Positions 30,244 to 40,200 are shown, numbered from the stretch's first letter. The stretch: DNA of 64,000 nucleotides from an uncultured Candidatus Rokubacteria bacterium (GCA_963758635.1 CAVWWD010000007.1:160001-224000), one strand, 5' to 3'. Numbers and translations are program-made. The notes: generated from the letters alone by a model not told the origin.

Positions 30244-31164
30244 TCAGCCACCGAGGTCGAGCGGCTCGGACGGCGCCGGCCGCGTCGCGCGCAGGGCGTC
30301 CAGGCGCTCACGGCCGACGAGGCCGAGGAAGCCCGGCCAGTCGGCGATGCCCGTGACCCAGCGATCGAGCCAGCGCCGGCTGCCCTCCGGCGTGCGGGTG
30401 TCGTCGTGGTAGCGGCGGTAGAAGTCGTGGTCGCGCGCGTAGTGGCCCTGCACGGGCGAGGGATAGGCGCCCCACGGCTGGTGGACCACGGCGGCCACCT
30501 TGAACGGCGGCGCCAGGACGAGGTTCGGGTCCGAGAGGATGCGCTCGCGCGGCCAGACCTCCTCGGCGACCAGCACCACCCGCCGTGCGGCCAGCGCGGC
30601 CTGGCGCGTCACGCCGAGCGTGCCCCACACGTGCGCGTGCCCGTCGGCGTCGGCGCGCTGCACGTGCAGGATGGCCACGTCCGGCGCCAGCGCGGGCACG
30701 AGCACGACGGGAGAGCCCGAGAACGGATCGGTGGCCGGGCGGAGCCGCGGGTTGGAGCGGAGGAGATCGGTGCCGAGAAGCGAGCGCGTTGGAATGTAGG
30801 GCGCGCCCAGGGCCCCGGCCTGGAGCGCGGTCGCGAGCGTGAGGTTCGAGTGGTCCTCTACCTCGAGGGGCCGGGGCACGCCGGCCTCGACCGCGCGGCG
30901 ATAGTTGTGTCCGAGGCCGGCGCTCACGTTGCCGACCCACGCCGCCGTGACCTTGCGCGCGCAGCCCGCGCCGACGAGCTGGTCGAAGAGGATGTCCGAG
31001 ATCGGGCCGACCAGCTCGAGGTCGCGGCGGCCCTGGCGGATCAGCTCGTGGCCGGCCGCGAACGGGATCAGCGCCTCGAGCGCCGCCCCCATGCACACCG
31101 ACGCGCCGTCGGGCACGAACGACGCGAGCGCGTCGCGCATGGACATGAGCTTGTCCGAAGGCAC
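30244..31164 (-). CDS. CoA-transferase subunit A
   Basis: PFAAGHELIRQG, AGALGAPYIP, PDVAILHVQRAD, WGAYPS. Confidence 0.88.
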   Translation of the reverse strand: MPSDKLMSMRDALASFVPDGASVCMGAALEALIPFAAGHELIRQGRRDLELVGPISDILFDQLVGAGCARKVTAAWVGNVSAGLGHNYRRAVEAGVPRPLEVEDHSNLTLATALQAGALGAPYIPTRSLLGTDLLRSNPRLRPATDPFSGSPVVLVPALAPDVAILHVQRADADGHAHVWGTLGVTRQAALAARRVVLVAEEVWPRERILSDPNLVLAPPFKVAAVVHQPWGAYPSPVQGHYARDHDFYRRYHDDTRTPEGSRRWLDRWVTGIADWPGFLGLVGRERLDALRATRPAPSEPLDLGG

Positions 31165-31220
31165 CGCGCCATCTTACTCCACGCGCTCGGTCAGGGCCGC
31201 CGGAGGAGCGGCGTGCCGCG

Positions 31221-31622
31221 TCAGAGGCCGAGCGCGGCGATGCCCGCCTTGGACACCTGCTCGTCCTGCTGGGACTGCACGCCGGACACGCCGACGGCGC
31301 CGACGCACTCGCCCTCGGCCATGATCGGCACGCCGCCCTGGATGGGCAGGTTGTCGGGGAACTTCATCATGACCGGGCGGTCCTTGATCAGGTCCTCCCA
31401 GACCTTGGTGGCGCGCCGGGTGAGGGCGGCGGTGCGCGCCTTGGCGGTGGCGACCTCGGCGGTCAAGGGCCCGGCGCCGTCGAGCCGCTCCAGGTAGAGC
31501 AGGAAGCCGGCGTCGTCGACGACCGCGAAGCTCACGTTCCACCGGTTCTTCTCGGCCTCGGCGCGGCACGCCGCGGCCACCTTGTGCACGTCTGCTCCCG
31601 TGAGGGCGGGCCTGGTCCGCAT
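31221..31622 (-). CDS. GlcG/HbpS family heme-binding protein
   Basis: AVVDDAG, KARTAA, GGVPI, GAVGVSG. Confidence 0.88.
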   Translation of the reverse strand: MRTRPALTGADVHKVAAACRAEAEKNRWNVSFAVVDDAGFLLYLERLDGAGPLTAEVATAKARTAALTRRATKVWEDLIKDRPVMMKFPDNLPIQGGVPIMAEGECVGAVGVSGVQSQQDEQVSKAGIAALGL

Positions 31623-31639
31623 GGGTGTCCCCCTGTGGT

Positions 31640-32557
31640 TCAGCGTGAGCGGGTGTACTTGACGACGCGCCGGGACCGTCCCCACGCGCCCGGGCGCACC
31701 ACGTAGAGGTCGCCGCGCGAGTCGCCCCAGATGCCGTGGCACGAGCGGAAGCTCGGGTCGCCCCACCGGGCGAGGCGCTCGCCGTCGAGGGTGAGCACGC
31801 TGACGAACCCGCCGTTGTGCTCGGGGATGTAGACGACGTCGTCTCCATCGACGTAGAAGACGGCGGGCCCGATGAGCTCGGTGGGCCAGATGCCCAGGAG
31901 CGCGCCCTGCTGGTCGAAGACCTGGACGCGGTCGTTCTCGCGGTCGCACACGAGCACGCGGCCCCGCCGGTCGATCCAGACGCCGTGGGGCAGGTTGAAC
32001 TGGCCCGGCGCCGTGCCCGGCTCGCCCCACGACGTGACGTGCGTGCCGTCGGCGGCGAACTTGTGCACGCGGGCGTTGCCGTAGCCGTCGGTCACGAACA
32101 TCTCGCCGGACGGGGTCAACGCGATGTCGGTGGGCAGGTTGAACGGGGGGCCGCCGCGGGTCACCTTCGTCCACGCCGTCGAGCTCGAGTCCGACGGGTC
32201 CACGCCGGTGTCGGAGCGATGCCCGCGGGCGCCGAGGCTGCGAAGGAGGGTGCCGCCCGCCGTGAAGTAGAGCATCTGCCCGAGGGCGCGATCCACCAGC
32301 CAGAGGTTGCCCTGCTCGTCGGCGCGGATGGTGTGGGGGAACTCGAAGAGCCCGGCGCCCCACGACCCGAGGACGTTGCCGTCACGGTCGAAGACCACGA
32401 CGGGGTGCTCGGGCGACCGGTTGAAGCAGTACACGCGGTCCTCCCGATCCACGGTCACGGCGGCGGCCGGCATCACCCAGCCCTCGGGGAGCTTCGCCCA
32501 GTCGTCGTTCACCTCGTACGTGTACGTGCCGCTCCCGACCGCCGTCGCCGTCGCCAT
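31640..32557 (-). CDS. NHL-repeat protein (peptidyl-alpha-hydroxyglycine lyase-like)
   Basis: FNLPTDIA, DGYGNARVHKF, FNLPHGV, DRENDRVQVF. Confidence 0.85.
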   Translation of the reverse strand: MATATAVGSGTYTYEVNDDWAKLPEGWVMPAAAVTVDREDRVYCFNRSPEHPVVVFDRDGNVLGSWGAGLFEFPHTIRADEQGNLWLVDRALGQMLYFTAGGTLLRSLGARGHRSDTGVDPSDSSSTAWTKVTRGGPPFNLPTDIALTPSGEMFVTDGYGNARVHKFAADGTHVTSWGEPGTAPGQFNLPHGVWIDRRGRVLVCDRENDRVQVFDQQGALLGIWPTELIGPAVFYVDGDDVVYIPEHNGGFVSVLTLDGERLARWGDPSFRSCHGIWGDSRGDLYVVRPGAWGRSRRVVKYTRSR

Positions 32558-32570
32558 GGTCTGTCTCCTC

Positions 32571-34217
32571 TCAGAAGGCTCGCCGGTGGGAGAAGGCGAT
32601 CTCCTCGCTGGTGATGAACTCGAGCAGCACCGACGTTCCCTCCCCGTTCAGCTGGCGGGCACGCTCCAGCGCGCCGGCGATCTCCGCCGGCTTCTCGATG
32701 CGCTCGGCGTGGCCGCCCATCGCCCGGCCCATGTCCGCGTAGTTCCCGCCGATGTCCCGCGTGCGGTACTTGTCGTGCGAGACGACGAGGGCGTGCCGCT
32801 CGATGGCCATCGCGGAGTTGTTGAGGACGATGGTCGTGATGGGGATGCCGCACCGGACCGCGGTCTCGAAGTCGAGCCCGGTCATGCCGAAGGCGGCGTC
32901 GCCCATGAAATTCACGCAGAACTTGTCGGGCGCGGCGAGCTTGGCCCCGATGACGAGGCCGAGCCCGGTGCCGAGCGCGTGCGACTTGCCCCAGCCCATG
33001 TACCCGCGCGGCGCGGTGGCGGTGTAGAAGGGGACCATCTGGTTGCGCGGGCTCCCCGAGTCGTGCGTCACGATGGCCCCGGCGGGGTCGATCGCCTGCA
33101 TGAACTCCCAGATCACGCGGTAGGGCGTGATCGGCACCTCGTCCGAGGTGAGCTTCGGCATCCACTCCTCGAGCCACGCCGTCTTCGCCGCCTGGACCTC
33201 CGCGGCCGCGGCGCCGGGCGCCCGCCGCCGGGACCCGAGCAGGTCGGTGACCGCGTCGATGAACTGGCGGAGGACGAGCTTCGCGTCGCCCAGGATGGGG
33301 TGATCGGCCGGGTAGTTCTTGTTGAGGTCGCGCTCGTCGTTGGTGGCGTGGATGATGATCTTCCCGCCCGGGATGTTCGTCGCCATCCCGTGACGCGTGA
33401 AGCTGCAGCCGATCCCGAGGAGGACGTCCGCGCGCGGGAGGAACACGCGCACGGGCCCGGACATGACGCCGCCGCCCCCCGTGCCGAGGGCGAGGGGATG
33501 GTTCTCCGGGAACGCGCTCTTGCCCTCGAGCGTGGTCATGACGGGGGCCTGGAGCAGGTCGGCGAGCTCGCGAAGCTCGTCGCACGCCTCGGCGTAGAGC
33601 ACGCCCTGGCCGGCATGGATGACCGGCCGATGGGCCTCCACGAGGGCGCGGGCGGCCAGGGCGATGTCGCGGGGGTTGCCCGCCGGACACGTGGCCTTCA
33701 CCGGCGTGTAGTGGAGCGCCGCCTCCGGCACGTCGGCGCCCGCGACGTCGGCGGGGATCTCGACCATCACCGGGCCGGGGCGGCCCATCCGGAGCAGGTT
33801 GAACGCCCGCCGCATGACCTCCCCGACCTGATCCGGCTGGTTCAGGGTCTCCACCGACTTCGTCACCGAGGCGTAGGCCTTGGCCGAGCTGAAGAGCGGG
33901 AACACCTGCGCGCGGTCGCGCGGGTGGCCCAGCGGCAGCACGAGCATCGGCGTGGAGTCCGAGAAGGCGGTGGCCACGCCGGAGAACGCGTTCTCCGCCC
34001 CGGGCCCGTACTGCATCGCGAACACGCCGAGCTTCCGGCCGTTGGCGGTGCGGCTGTAGCCGTCGGCGATGCCCACGCCGACCCGCTCCTGGCGGCAGAG
34101 CACGGGGCGGATGCCCGCGGCGGCGGCGGCATCGATCAAGGACGTGGTGGGGTAGGCGCTCAGGAACTCCACGCCTTCGCGCATCATGATGACGGCGATC
34201 GCGTCGACGACGTTCAC
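32571..34217 (-). CDS. Thiamine pyrophosphate-requiring enzyme
   Basis: RQERVGVGIADG, RPGPVMVEIP, GDAAFGM...LNN; GTG 34217 after GGAGG. Confidence 0.9.
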   Translation of the reverse strand: MNVVDAIAVIMMREGVEFLSAYPTTSLIDAAAAAGIRPVLCRQERVGVGIADGYSRTANGRKLGVFAMQYGPGAENAFSGVATAFSDSTPMLVLPLGHPRDRAQVFPLFSSAKAYASVTKSVETLNQPDQVGEVMRRAFNLLRMGRPGPVMVEIPADVAGADVPEAALHYTPVKATCPAGNPRDIALAARALVEAHRPVIHAGQGVLYAEACDELRELADLLQAPVMTTLEGKSAFPENHPLALGTGGGGVMSGPVRVFLPRADVLLGIGCSFTRHGMATNIPGGKIIIHATNDERDLNKNYPADHPILGDAKLVLRQFIDAVTDLLGSRRRAPGAAAAEVQAAKTAWLEEWMPKLTSDEVPITPYRVIWEFMQAIDPAGAIVTHDSGSPRNQMVPFYTATAPRGYMGWGKSHALGTGLGLVIGAKLAAPDKFCVNFMGDAAFGMTGLDFETAVRCGIPITTIVLNNSAMAIERHALVVSHDKYRTRDIGGNYADMGRAMGGHAERIEKPAEIAGALERARQLNGEGTSVLLEFITSEEIAFSHRRAF

Positions 34218-35149
34218 GGCGGTCCTCCCTGGGCCTCGCGGCAATGCGGAATGACTCGCTCGGCGATGTCCACCATGAGCGAGGAGATGCGCGCCATCTC
34301 GCCCGAGTTCAGGGCGAGCACGACGTGCTCGACGCCCGCGCGCTGGTACGCGCGGATGCCTGCCACCATCTGCTCGGGGCTGTCGCCGGGCAGCCGCGCC
34401 CGCCCCGCGGCGCGCGCGCTCGACGGCCGGCCGCCCACCTCCACCTCGACGCGCAGGGACATGACGAGGGCGTCCGGGTCGCGGCCCGCCTCCGTCGCAA
34501 GCTTCCGGACCTGCTCCCGGCCGGCGCGGAACTCCTCGGGGGTCATGCCGGTGGGGTGCCAGCCGTCGCCGAGCGTGGCGGCGCGGCGCATGGCGCCGGG
34601 GCTCTGGCCGCCCACCCAGAGCGGGATGCCCGGCTCCTGCCGCGGCTTCGGCGCGAACTTGAACCCGGTCAGCCGCCAGCGCTCGTTCATGTAGTGCGGG
34701 TCGGCCTTCGTCCACAGCTCGCGCATGATCGCCATGGACTCGTTGGTCAGCGCGCCGCGCTGCGACATCGGCACGCCGAGCGCGGCGAACTCCTCGGTCA
34801 TCGCGCCCGCGCCCACGCCGAGGATCACGCGCCCGCCCGACATCTGGTCGAGGCTCGCCGCGTACTTGGCCAGCTCCACGGGGTTGTGGTACGGCAGCAC
34901 GAGCACCGACGTGCCCAGCGCCACGCGCTTGGTGGTGGCGGCCAGGTACGAGAGCGTGGCCATCGGGTGGTAGTACGGCTTGTCGTCGAGCCGGTCACGG
35001 ATGTAGCCGCAGTTGAGCAGGTGGTCCATGACCCAGATGGAGTCGTAGCCGAGCGACTCGGCGAGCGGCCCCATGGCGAGGACCTGACCGGGATCGGCGA
35101 TGCCCCAGTTGTTCGGGATCGTCACGCCGAAGCGCGCGGGCCCGCCCAC
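34214..35149 (-). CDS. LLM-class (probably F420-dependent) oxidoreductase
   Basis: WVMDH, LGTSVLVLP, LDQMSGGR, PLWVGG. Confidence 0.88.
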   Translation of the reverse strand: MGGPARFGVTIPNNWGIADPGQVLAMGPLAESLGYDSIWVMDHLLNCGYIRDRLDDKPYYHPMATLSYLAATTKRVALGTSVLVLPYHNPVELAKYAASLDQMSGGRVILGVGAGAMTEEFAALGVPMSQRGALTNESMAIMRELWTKADPHYMNERWRLTGFKFAPKPRQEPGIPLWVGGQSPGAMRRAATLGDGWHPTGMTPEEFRAGREQVRKLATEAGRDPDALVMSLRVEVEVGGRPSSARAAGRARLPGDSPEQMVAGIRAYQRAGVEHVVLALNSGEMARISSLMVDIAERVIPHCREAQGGPP

Positions 35150-35364
35150 TAGCGAGCCCTCGCGCGACGTCGGCACGTCGTGCGGACGGGGTCCGGGGAG
35201 ACACGGACTCTTCGTTCCATGGCGCATCCTCCTCGCGCGTGGCTGACGGGGTGCATCGTAGCCGATTTCGCGCGCCTTGACACCGCGCCCGCTTCGCGGG
35301 TAGCTAGCGGATGACGGCAGGCAGCGAGACTGTCTCCCACACATCGACCGGCGAGGAGGATTCC

Positions 35365-35991
35365 ATGATCTACGAGGTGCGGACGTACACGCTCAAGACG
35401 GGCGCGGTGGCCGAGTTCGAGGAGCGCTTCGCCAAGCGCAAGCCCCTGCGCGAGAAGCATTCCAAGCTGGGGGCGTTCTGGCACACCGAGTTCGGGCCGC
35501 TCAACCAGGTGATCCACGCCTGGCCCTACGACGACCTGCAGCATCGCACCGCGGTGCGAGACGCGATGGCGAAGGACACCGAGCTGGCGAAGCTTGCCGG
35601 CGGGCGCGACCTGATCGTGGCCCAGGAGGCGGACATCATGATCCCCGCGCCCTTCATGCAGCCGCTGGGCAGCCGGGACTTCGGCTCGGGCAACGTCTAC
35701 GAGATGCGCACCTACACCTACGCGCCCGGCGAGCTGTCGGCGGTGCTGGACGCGTGGGGGAAGGCGGTGCCCGGGCGCGAGAAGCTCTCGCCGCTCGCCG
35801 CGTGCTGGACGAGCGAGCTCGGCGGCCTCAACAAGTTCGTCCACGTGTGGGTCTACAAGGACGTGAACGAGCGCACGCGCATCCGCGAGGAGTCGCGCAA
35901 GGGCGGGCAGTGGCCGCCCCAGGCCGGCGTGCGCCCCATGCGCCAGGAGAACAAGCTCCTCGTCCCCGCCGCGTTTTCGCCAATAAGGTAG
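35365..35991 (+). CDS. NIPSNAP family protein
   Basis: Two YE(V/M)RTY repeats, FSPIR terminus; GAGGAGG SD. Confidence 0.9.
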   Translation: MIYEVRTYTLKTGAVAEFEERFAKRKPLREKHSKLGAFWHTEFGPLNQVIHAWPYDDLQHRTAVRDAMAKDTELAKLAGGRDLIVAQEADIMIPAPFMQPLGSRDFGSGNVYEMRTYTYAPGELSAVLDAWGKAVPGREKLSPLAACWTSELGGLNKFVHVWVYKDVNERTRIREESRKGGQWPPQAGVRPMRQENKLLVPAAFSPIR

Positions 35992-36007
35992 GGTCTCTCA
36001 CCATTTC

Positions 36008-36124
36008 CCCTCTCCCCTCCGGGGAGAGGGCAGGGTGAGGGGCGGTCGTACCACCGCGCCGGGTCGCCCGCCGAGGGTCGATCGTCGAGGTGGCGCCACC
36101 GACCCTCACCCCGGCCCTCTCCCT
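36008..36124. repeat. REP-like paired palindromic element, left part (interrupted by the IS)
   Basis: Arms match the reverse complement of 25812-25929; last hairpin stops at CCCTCTCCCT. Confidence 0.9.
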
Positions 36125-36157
36125 GCTCAGAAAATGACGGGTGAACACGGGCTCCTG

Positions 36158-37355
36158 TTAGGCAGCGGGTTCGAGCATTACGCGATAGCCCTGACGTTGG
36201 AGCAGCTCGACGGCGCGACGGGTGATGCGGTGAGATGGCGACGGTCGTAGTAGTCGGGGCCGGGGTCGCAGGAGCGACGCTAGCGAGGATGGATAGACCG
36301 CTGGGAGCATGGCATGGGCGACGGCGACGACAGCCTTTGTGCCCGATGGCGCTGATGCGGCGGTACGCGCCGCCAGGGCGCATTTGGTGCGGATGGCGGG
36401 CAGGGCCGCTTCGATGAGGGCATGCGCGACAGCGGTTGCCCTTCGAATCTTGCTGAGTGTGCTGACCACGCTCTGCCGATTGCCGGGGCAGAACCGACCA
36501 GCGGCGAGATGCCGGCACTGGGAAAGGGGCGCTGTCCAGCCCGATCCGCGAGGAGGACCTCCGCCGTGCGGCGAGCGATCCCCGGCACCGTGTCCAGCTG
36601 GTGCAGCTGGCGCGCGAAAGGGGCCAGGGCGTGTCGACCTCCGCGCTGACCGCGGCGATCGCCTCGTCCAGGTACTCCAGATGGGCTAACAGTTGCCCGA
36701 CAAGAAAGGCGTGGTGGGGCCGGAACCGCCCCGCGAGCGCTTGGCGCAGGGCAGCCAGCTTCTGCGCAACCGGCCCCGCGCCAGGTCGGCCAGCACCTCG
36801 GGATCGGTCGTGCCCTGCACCAACGCCTCCAGCATGGCGCGGCCGAGACCCCCAGGATGTCGGTGGCCACCGAGGCCAGCTAGATGCCGGCGTCCTGCAA
36901 CAGCTTGTGCAGGCGATTGGCCGCCCGCTGGCGCTCCTGGATCACCACCTTGCGGTGCCGCGTCAGATCGCGCAGCTCTCGAATCGCGGCGGGAGGCACG
37001 AAGCTGCCCCGCAGCAGCCCGTGCTCCAGCAGTTGCGCGATGCAGATGCAATCCAGCCGTCGGTCTACCGGCCGGGGACTTGCTTGATGTGGGCGGGATT
37101 GACCAGCAGGCACGTGCCGATCTCTTCGAGGACGTAGAACACGGGCTTCCAATACACGCCGGTGCTCTCCATCGCCACATCCGTGACGCCGTGCGCCTGC
37201 AGCCAGTCCCGCAACAACAACAACTCGGCCGCCATCGTCCCGAACGTGCGCACATGTTGCTCCCGCTCGCCCCGCGGGCCGGGCACGCGTACGCACGCGG
37301 CCACACTGTGCCGGTGCACGTCCAGCCCTGCGCAACGCTCGATCTGTCGCTCCAT
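36158..37355 (-). pseudogene. IS110 transposase/recombinase, many indels and an internal stop
   Basis: CAGLDVH, VAMESTGVYWKPV, VNPAHIKQVPGR, GLLRGSFVPP, LRDLTR, DTVPGI, FPSA, KAVVAVAH, LQRQGYRV across several frames. Confidence 0.9.
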
Positions 37356-37380
37356 CCCGCGCCTCCCCCCGGTCATAGTC

Positions 37381-37526
37381 GCCGCGGCCGGAGGAGCCTC
37401 CCTTTGCACGACTCTGCTCGGCGTGCTCAGACACGCAACAATGCGGGGTGCCGAAAGCTCCCACGTCAGACTGGAACCAGACTTGCCCCCGTACCATGGA
37501 GAGGGCGACGTTGCCCGGCCCGCGGC
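37381..37526 (-). ncRNA. Candidate IS110 bridge RNA
   Basis: Non-coding end upstream of the transposase; -10-like TACCAT (37539-37534); closing stem GCCGCGGGCCGG/CCGGCCGCGGC; internal segments match target and donor junction flanks. Confidence 0.75.
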
Positions 37527-37574
37527 TGGCGCGATGGTAGCCCTTTTCATGCTGCAGGGTGCGCCTCGGCAGCT

Positions 37575-37587
37575 GGAAGGGAGAGGG
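37575..37587. repeat. Displaced right arm of the interrupted REP-like hairpin
   Basis: GGAAGGGAGAGGG; its GGGAGAGGG pairs with CCCTCTCCC at 36115-36123. Confidence 0.88.
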
Positions 37588-37589
37588 GG

Positions 37590-38781
37590 TGTAGAACAGC
37601 GGGCTGTTCGAGGGGAGGCCGAGGACGGTGCGGCCGACCGCCTCGTAGTTCACGAACTGGAGCTGGTTGTGGCGCGTGACGACCTCGGCGTCGCGCGCGT
37701 AGCGCTCGAGCGGGCTCGACGTGAAGATCGACGTGGTGCCGGCGGTCGCGCACACCATGTGGGTGGCGGCGGCCGCGCTCTGCGCGGCGTGGGTCATGGC
37801 CAGGCGCAGGTCGGCGCGCTGGCGCTCCGTGACGGGCTGCGCGGCGAGCACGGTCTGCCACATGTCCGCGACCACGTCGAAGAGGAGCGCCCGCCCCGAG
37901 CGCAGGATGGCCTCGGCCTCGCCGATCTTCGCCTGCACGATCGCGCGATCGCGCAGCAGCTCCGAGGACGAGCGCGGCACCTTCACCTGCGCCAGCTCGA
38001 CGAACGCGTCGATGGCCGCGCGCGCCACGCCCAGGCCCACGCAGCAGAAGCCGCAGCCGGCGAGGTCGAAGCCGTGCATGCGGTTCATCGGCCCGGTGAT
38101 CCGCGCGCGACGGTCGAGCGCCGAGAACGTCCGCTCCTCGGGCACGAACAGGTCCTCGACCTCGATGTCGTGGCTGCCCGTGCCGCGAAGCCCGCTCACG
38201 TTCCACGTGTCGATGATCCGCGCCTGGGCCTTCGGGTAGAAGTAGGCGATCCGCACCTCCTGCTCGCCGTGCGGGGTGAGCCGCGGCGTGTCGCCGTCGA
38301 ACACCTTGCACGCCCCGTGGAGCGCGGACGAGTGCATGCACCCGCTCGCGAAGAACCAGTGCCCGGTGACCCGGTAGCCGCCGGACACCGCCACCGCGCG
38401 GCCGCGCGGGTTCGCGGACCCGGCGGAGATGCCCACCGGGTCGCTGAAGAAGATCTCGCGCCGCACGTCCGGAGCGAACTGCGCGCTCTGCCGCAGCGTG
38501 TTGATCCCCATGGCGAGGCACCAGCCCGCGGACCCGTCGGCCCGCGCGATCTCCTCGATGACCTGGAGCGTGGTGACGACGTCGGCGCCGAGCCCGCCCT
38601 CGCTCTCGGGCAGGGCCACGCGGAAGAGCCGCGCCCGCGCGATCTCGGCGACGAGGGCGGGGGGAAGCTGGCGCGTCGCCTCGATCTCCTCGGCCGCCTC
38701 GCGGACGCGGGGCGCGAGGGCTCGCGCCACCTCGAGCGGCCGGGCGGAGGCGGGGATACGCGCGCCGATCTCGGTCACCAT
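37590..38781 (-). CDS. Acyl-CoA dehydrogenase-family flavin-dependent hydroxylase (3' end approximate; no stop seen)
   Basis: ARADGSAGWC, GHWFFASGC, TWNVSGLRGTGSHD, LERYARDA; frame continues into the IS. Confidence 0.85.
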
Positions 38782-38803
38782 GGGCGGCTCCTGTGCGCGG
38801 CCG

Positions 38804-39646
38804 TCACGCGGCGAGCCCCGGCCGGAGGGCGGCGTCCGGCGTGCCGTCCTTCCACGGCACCGGCACCTCGTACTCCCGGAGCAGGCAGTCGTCGGGCAGG
38901 CACTCGATGGGGGTGAAGTCGCGGTGCGCGATGTACTCCGGCCGCTTGAAGCGCCGGATGTGGTTCGAGACCGCGCAGAGGCTCAGGTACACGCTGACCC
39001 GGTTCCACGGCGACAGGTTCGAGGTCGACGCGTGCACCAGGCAGGAGTGGAACAGGATCATCGAGCCCGCCGGGCCCTTGGGGGCCACGAGCCCGCCGCG
39101 CCCCACGAGCCGGCTGATCGTCGCGTGATCGATCGTCCAGAGCGGGTAGCTGGTGGTCGTGGTGTCGTGCCCGGCGTCCAGCACGCCGCTCCGGTGGCTG
39201 CCCGGGATGAACATCAGCGGCCCGTTGAACTCGTTCACGTCGTCCAGGAAGATCGCCACGTTCATCGCGCGCGGCTCGGGCATCTGGTCGTCGTTCTTCC
39301 ACGTCCCGTAGTCCTGGTGCCACTGCCAAACGTCGCCGTCGAACGCCATCTTGCCGTTGATCTTGAACTGGTGCATGTAGACGGGCTCGCCGAAGATCTG
39401 CATCACCGGCCGCACCATGCGCGGGTGGCGGGCGAGCCGGGCGAAGGGCGCGCTGTACATGTGGGCGGCGAAGTTCGTGCGCACCACGTCGCCCGTCTTC
39501 TCGCGGACGTTCTCCGGCCGCCGCTGGGCGTAGAGCGCGGGCACCTCGTCGGCGAGCGTCCGCATCTCGGGACTCGTGAACAGGCTCGGGAAGAACAGGT
39601 ACCCGTCGCGATCGAACCGCTCGAGCTGCGCCGGCGTGAGCTTCAT
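38804..39646 (-). CDS. Phytanoyl-CoA dioxygenase (PhyH) family 2OG-Fe(II) oxygenase
   Basis: WHQDY, NGPLMFIPGSH, LVHAS. Confidence 0.9.
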   Translation of the reverse strand: MKLTPAQLERFDRDGYLFFPSLFTSPEMRTLADEVPALYAQRRPENVREKTGDVVRTNFAAHMYSAPFARLARHPRMVRPVMQIFGEPVYMHQFKINGKMAFDGDVWQWHQDYGTWKNDDQMPEPRAMNVAIFLDDVNEFNGPLMFIPGSHRSGVLDAGHDTTTTSYPLWTIDHATISRLVGRGGLVAPKGPAGSMILFHSCLVHASTSNLSPWNRVSVYLSLCAVSNHIRRFKRPEYIAHRDFTPIECLPDDCLLREYEVPVPWKDGTPDAALRPGLAA

Positions 39647-39716
39647 CTCGTCGTCCCTCCGCGTCCGATGATGAGGATGGCCCCGATTCTAGCGCGGGAC
39701 GGCGCTCCACGGTGTG

Positions 39717-40005
39717 CTAGGCTTCGAGCCCCGCAACGATGTGAACTTGCAGCGAGAGGTCGCCCGTTTCTGGCGACCTCTTCGCATTTGTGGCGGCCGA
39801 CAGCATTGCCGCGAGATTCTCGTGTTTGCGTTCAACTCGTCCCTGACCTCACTGGCCGGGACGCCGTCCATGATCGACTCGACAAGCTTCTTCCGCCGGC
39901 CTTCGATCCGCTCGATCTCCCTTTCGGCGGCTGACAGGCCGGCGGGGTGCTCCATGCGGAGCCGGTTCATCTCGCGGGTGAACTCGTCGCAGAACTCTCC
40001 GAACC
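39717..40005 (-). pseudogene. Large serine recombinase C-terminal remnant
   Basis: EFCDEFTREMNRLR...EVRDELNAN joined to NLAAMLSAATNAKRSPETGDLSLQVHIVAG; resembles LSR C-termini with an internal deletion. Confidence 0.55.
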
Positions 40006-40009
40006 ACGT

Positions 40010-40200
40010 CCGACGCGGGGAGCCGGTAACGTCCTGGGCCGACCTTCTCCAGCGTGCCGGCCTTGGCCAGCGGGATCACGCGTACCGGTGTGGATTCCAT
40101 GAGCGGCCACGTCCCGGGCACGGAGCACGGGCCGCTTTGGGCCAGAGCAAGAGGACGATCCGAGTCCGGTTGACGGGCGCGGCATGTTGTGTTCGGGCAT
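40010..40200 (-). pseudogene. AbiEi-type antitoxin N-terminal fragment
   Basis: VLRARDVAAHGIHTGT...LAKAGTLEKVGPGRYRLP over two frames, then truncated. Confidence 0.5.

Larger units (their letters stand above)
36125..37572 (-). mobile_element. IS110-family insertion sequence, flanked by CT on both sides
   Basis: IS110 transposase motifs; removing the element and one CT restores CCCTCTCCC-TGGAA-GGGAGAGGG; no terminal IRs seen. Confidence 0.92.

Noticed and set aside
36880..38781. Hydroxylase-transposase fusion protein
   Set aside because: Result of a missing stop plus transposase frameshifts; it crosses the IS non-coding end.
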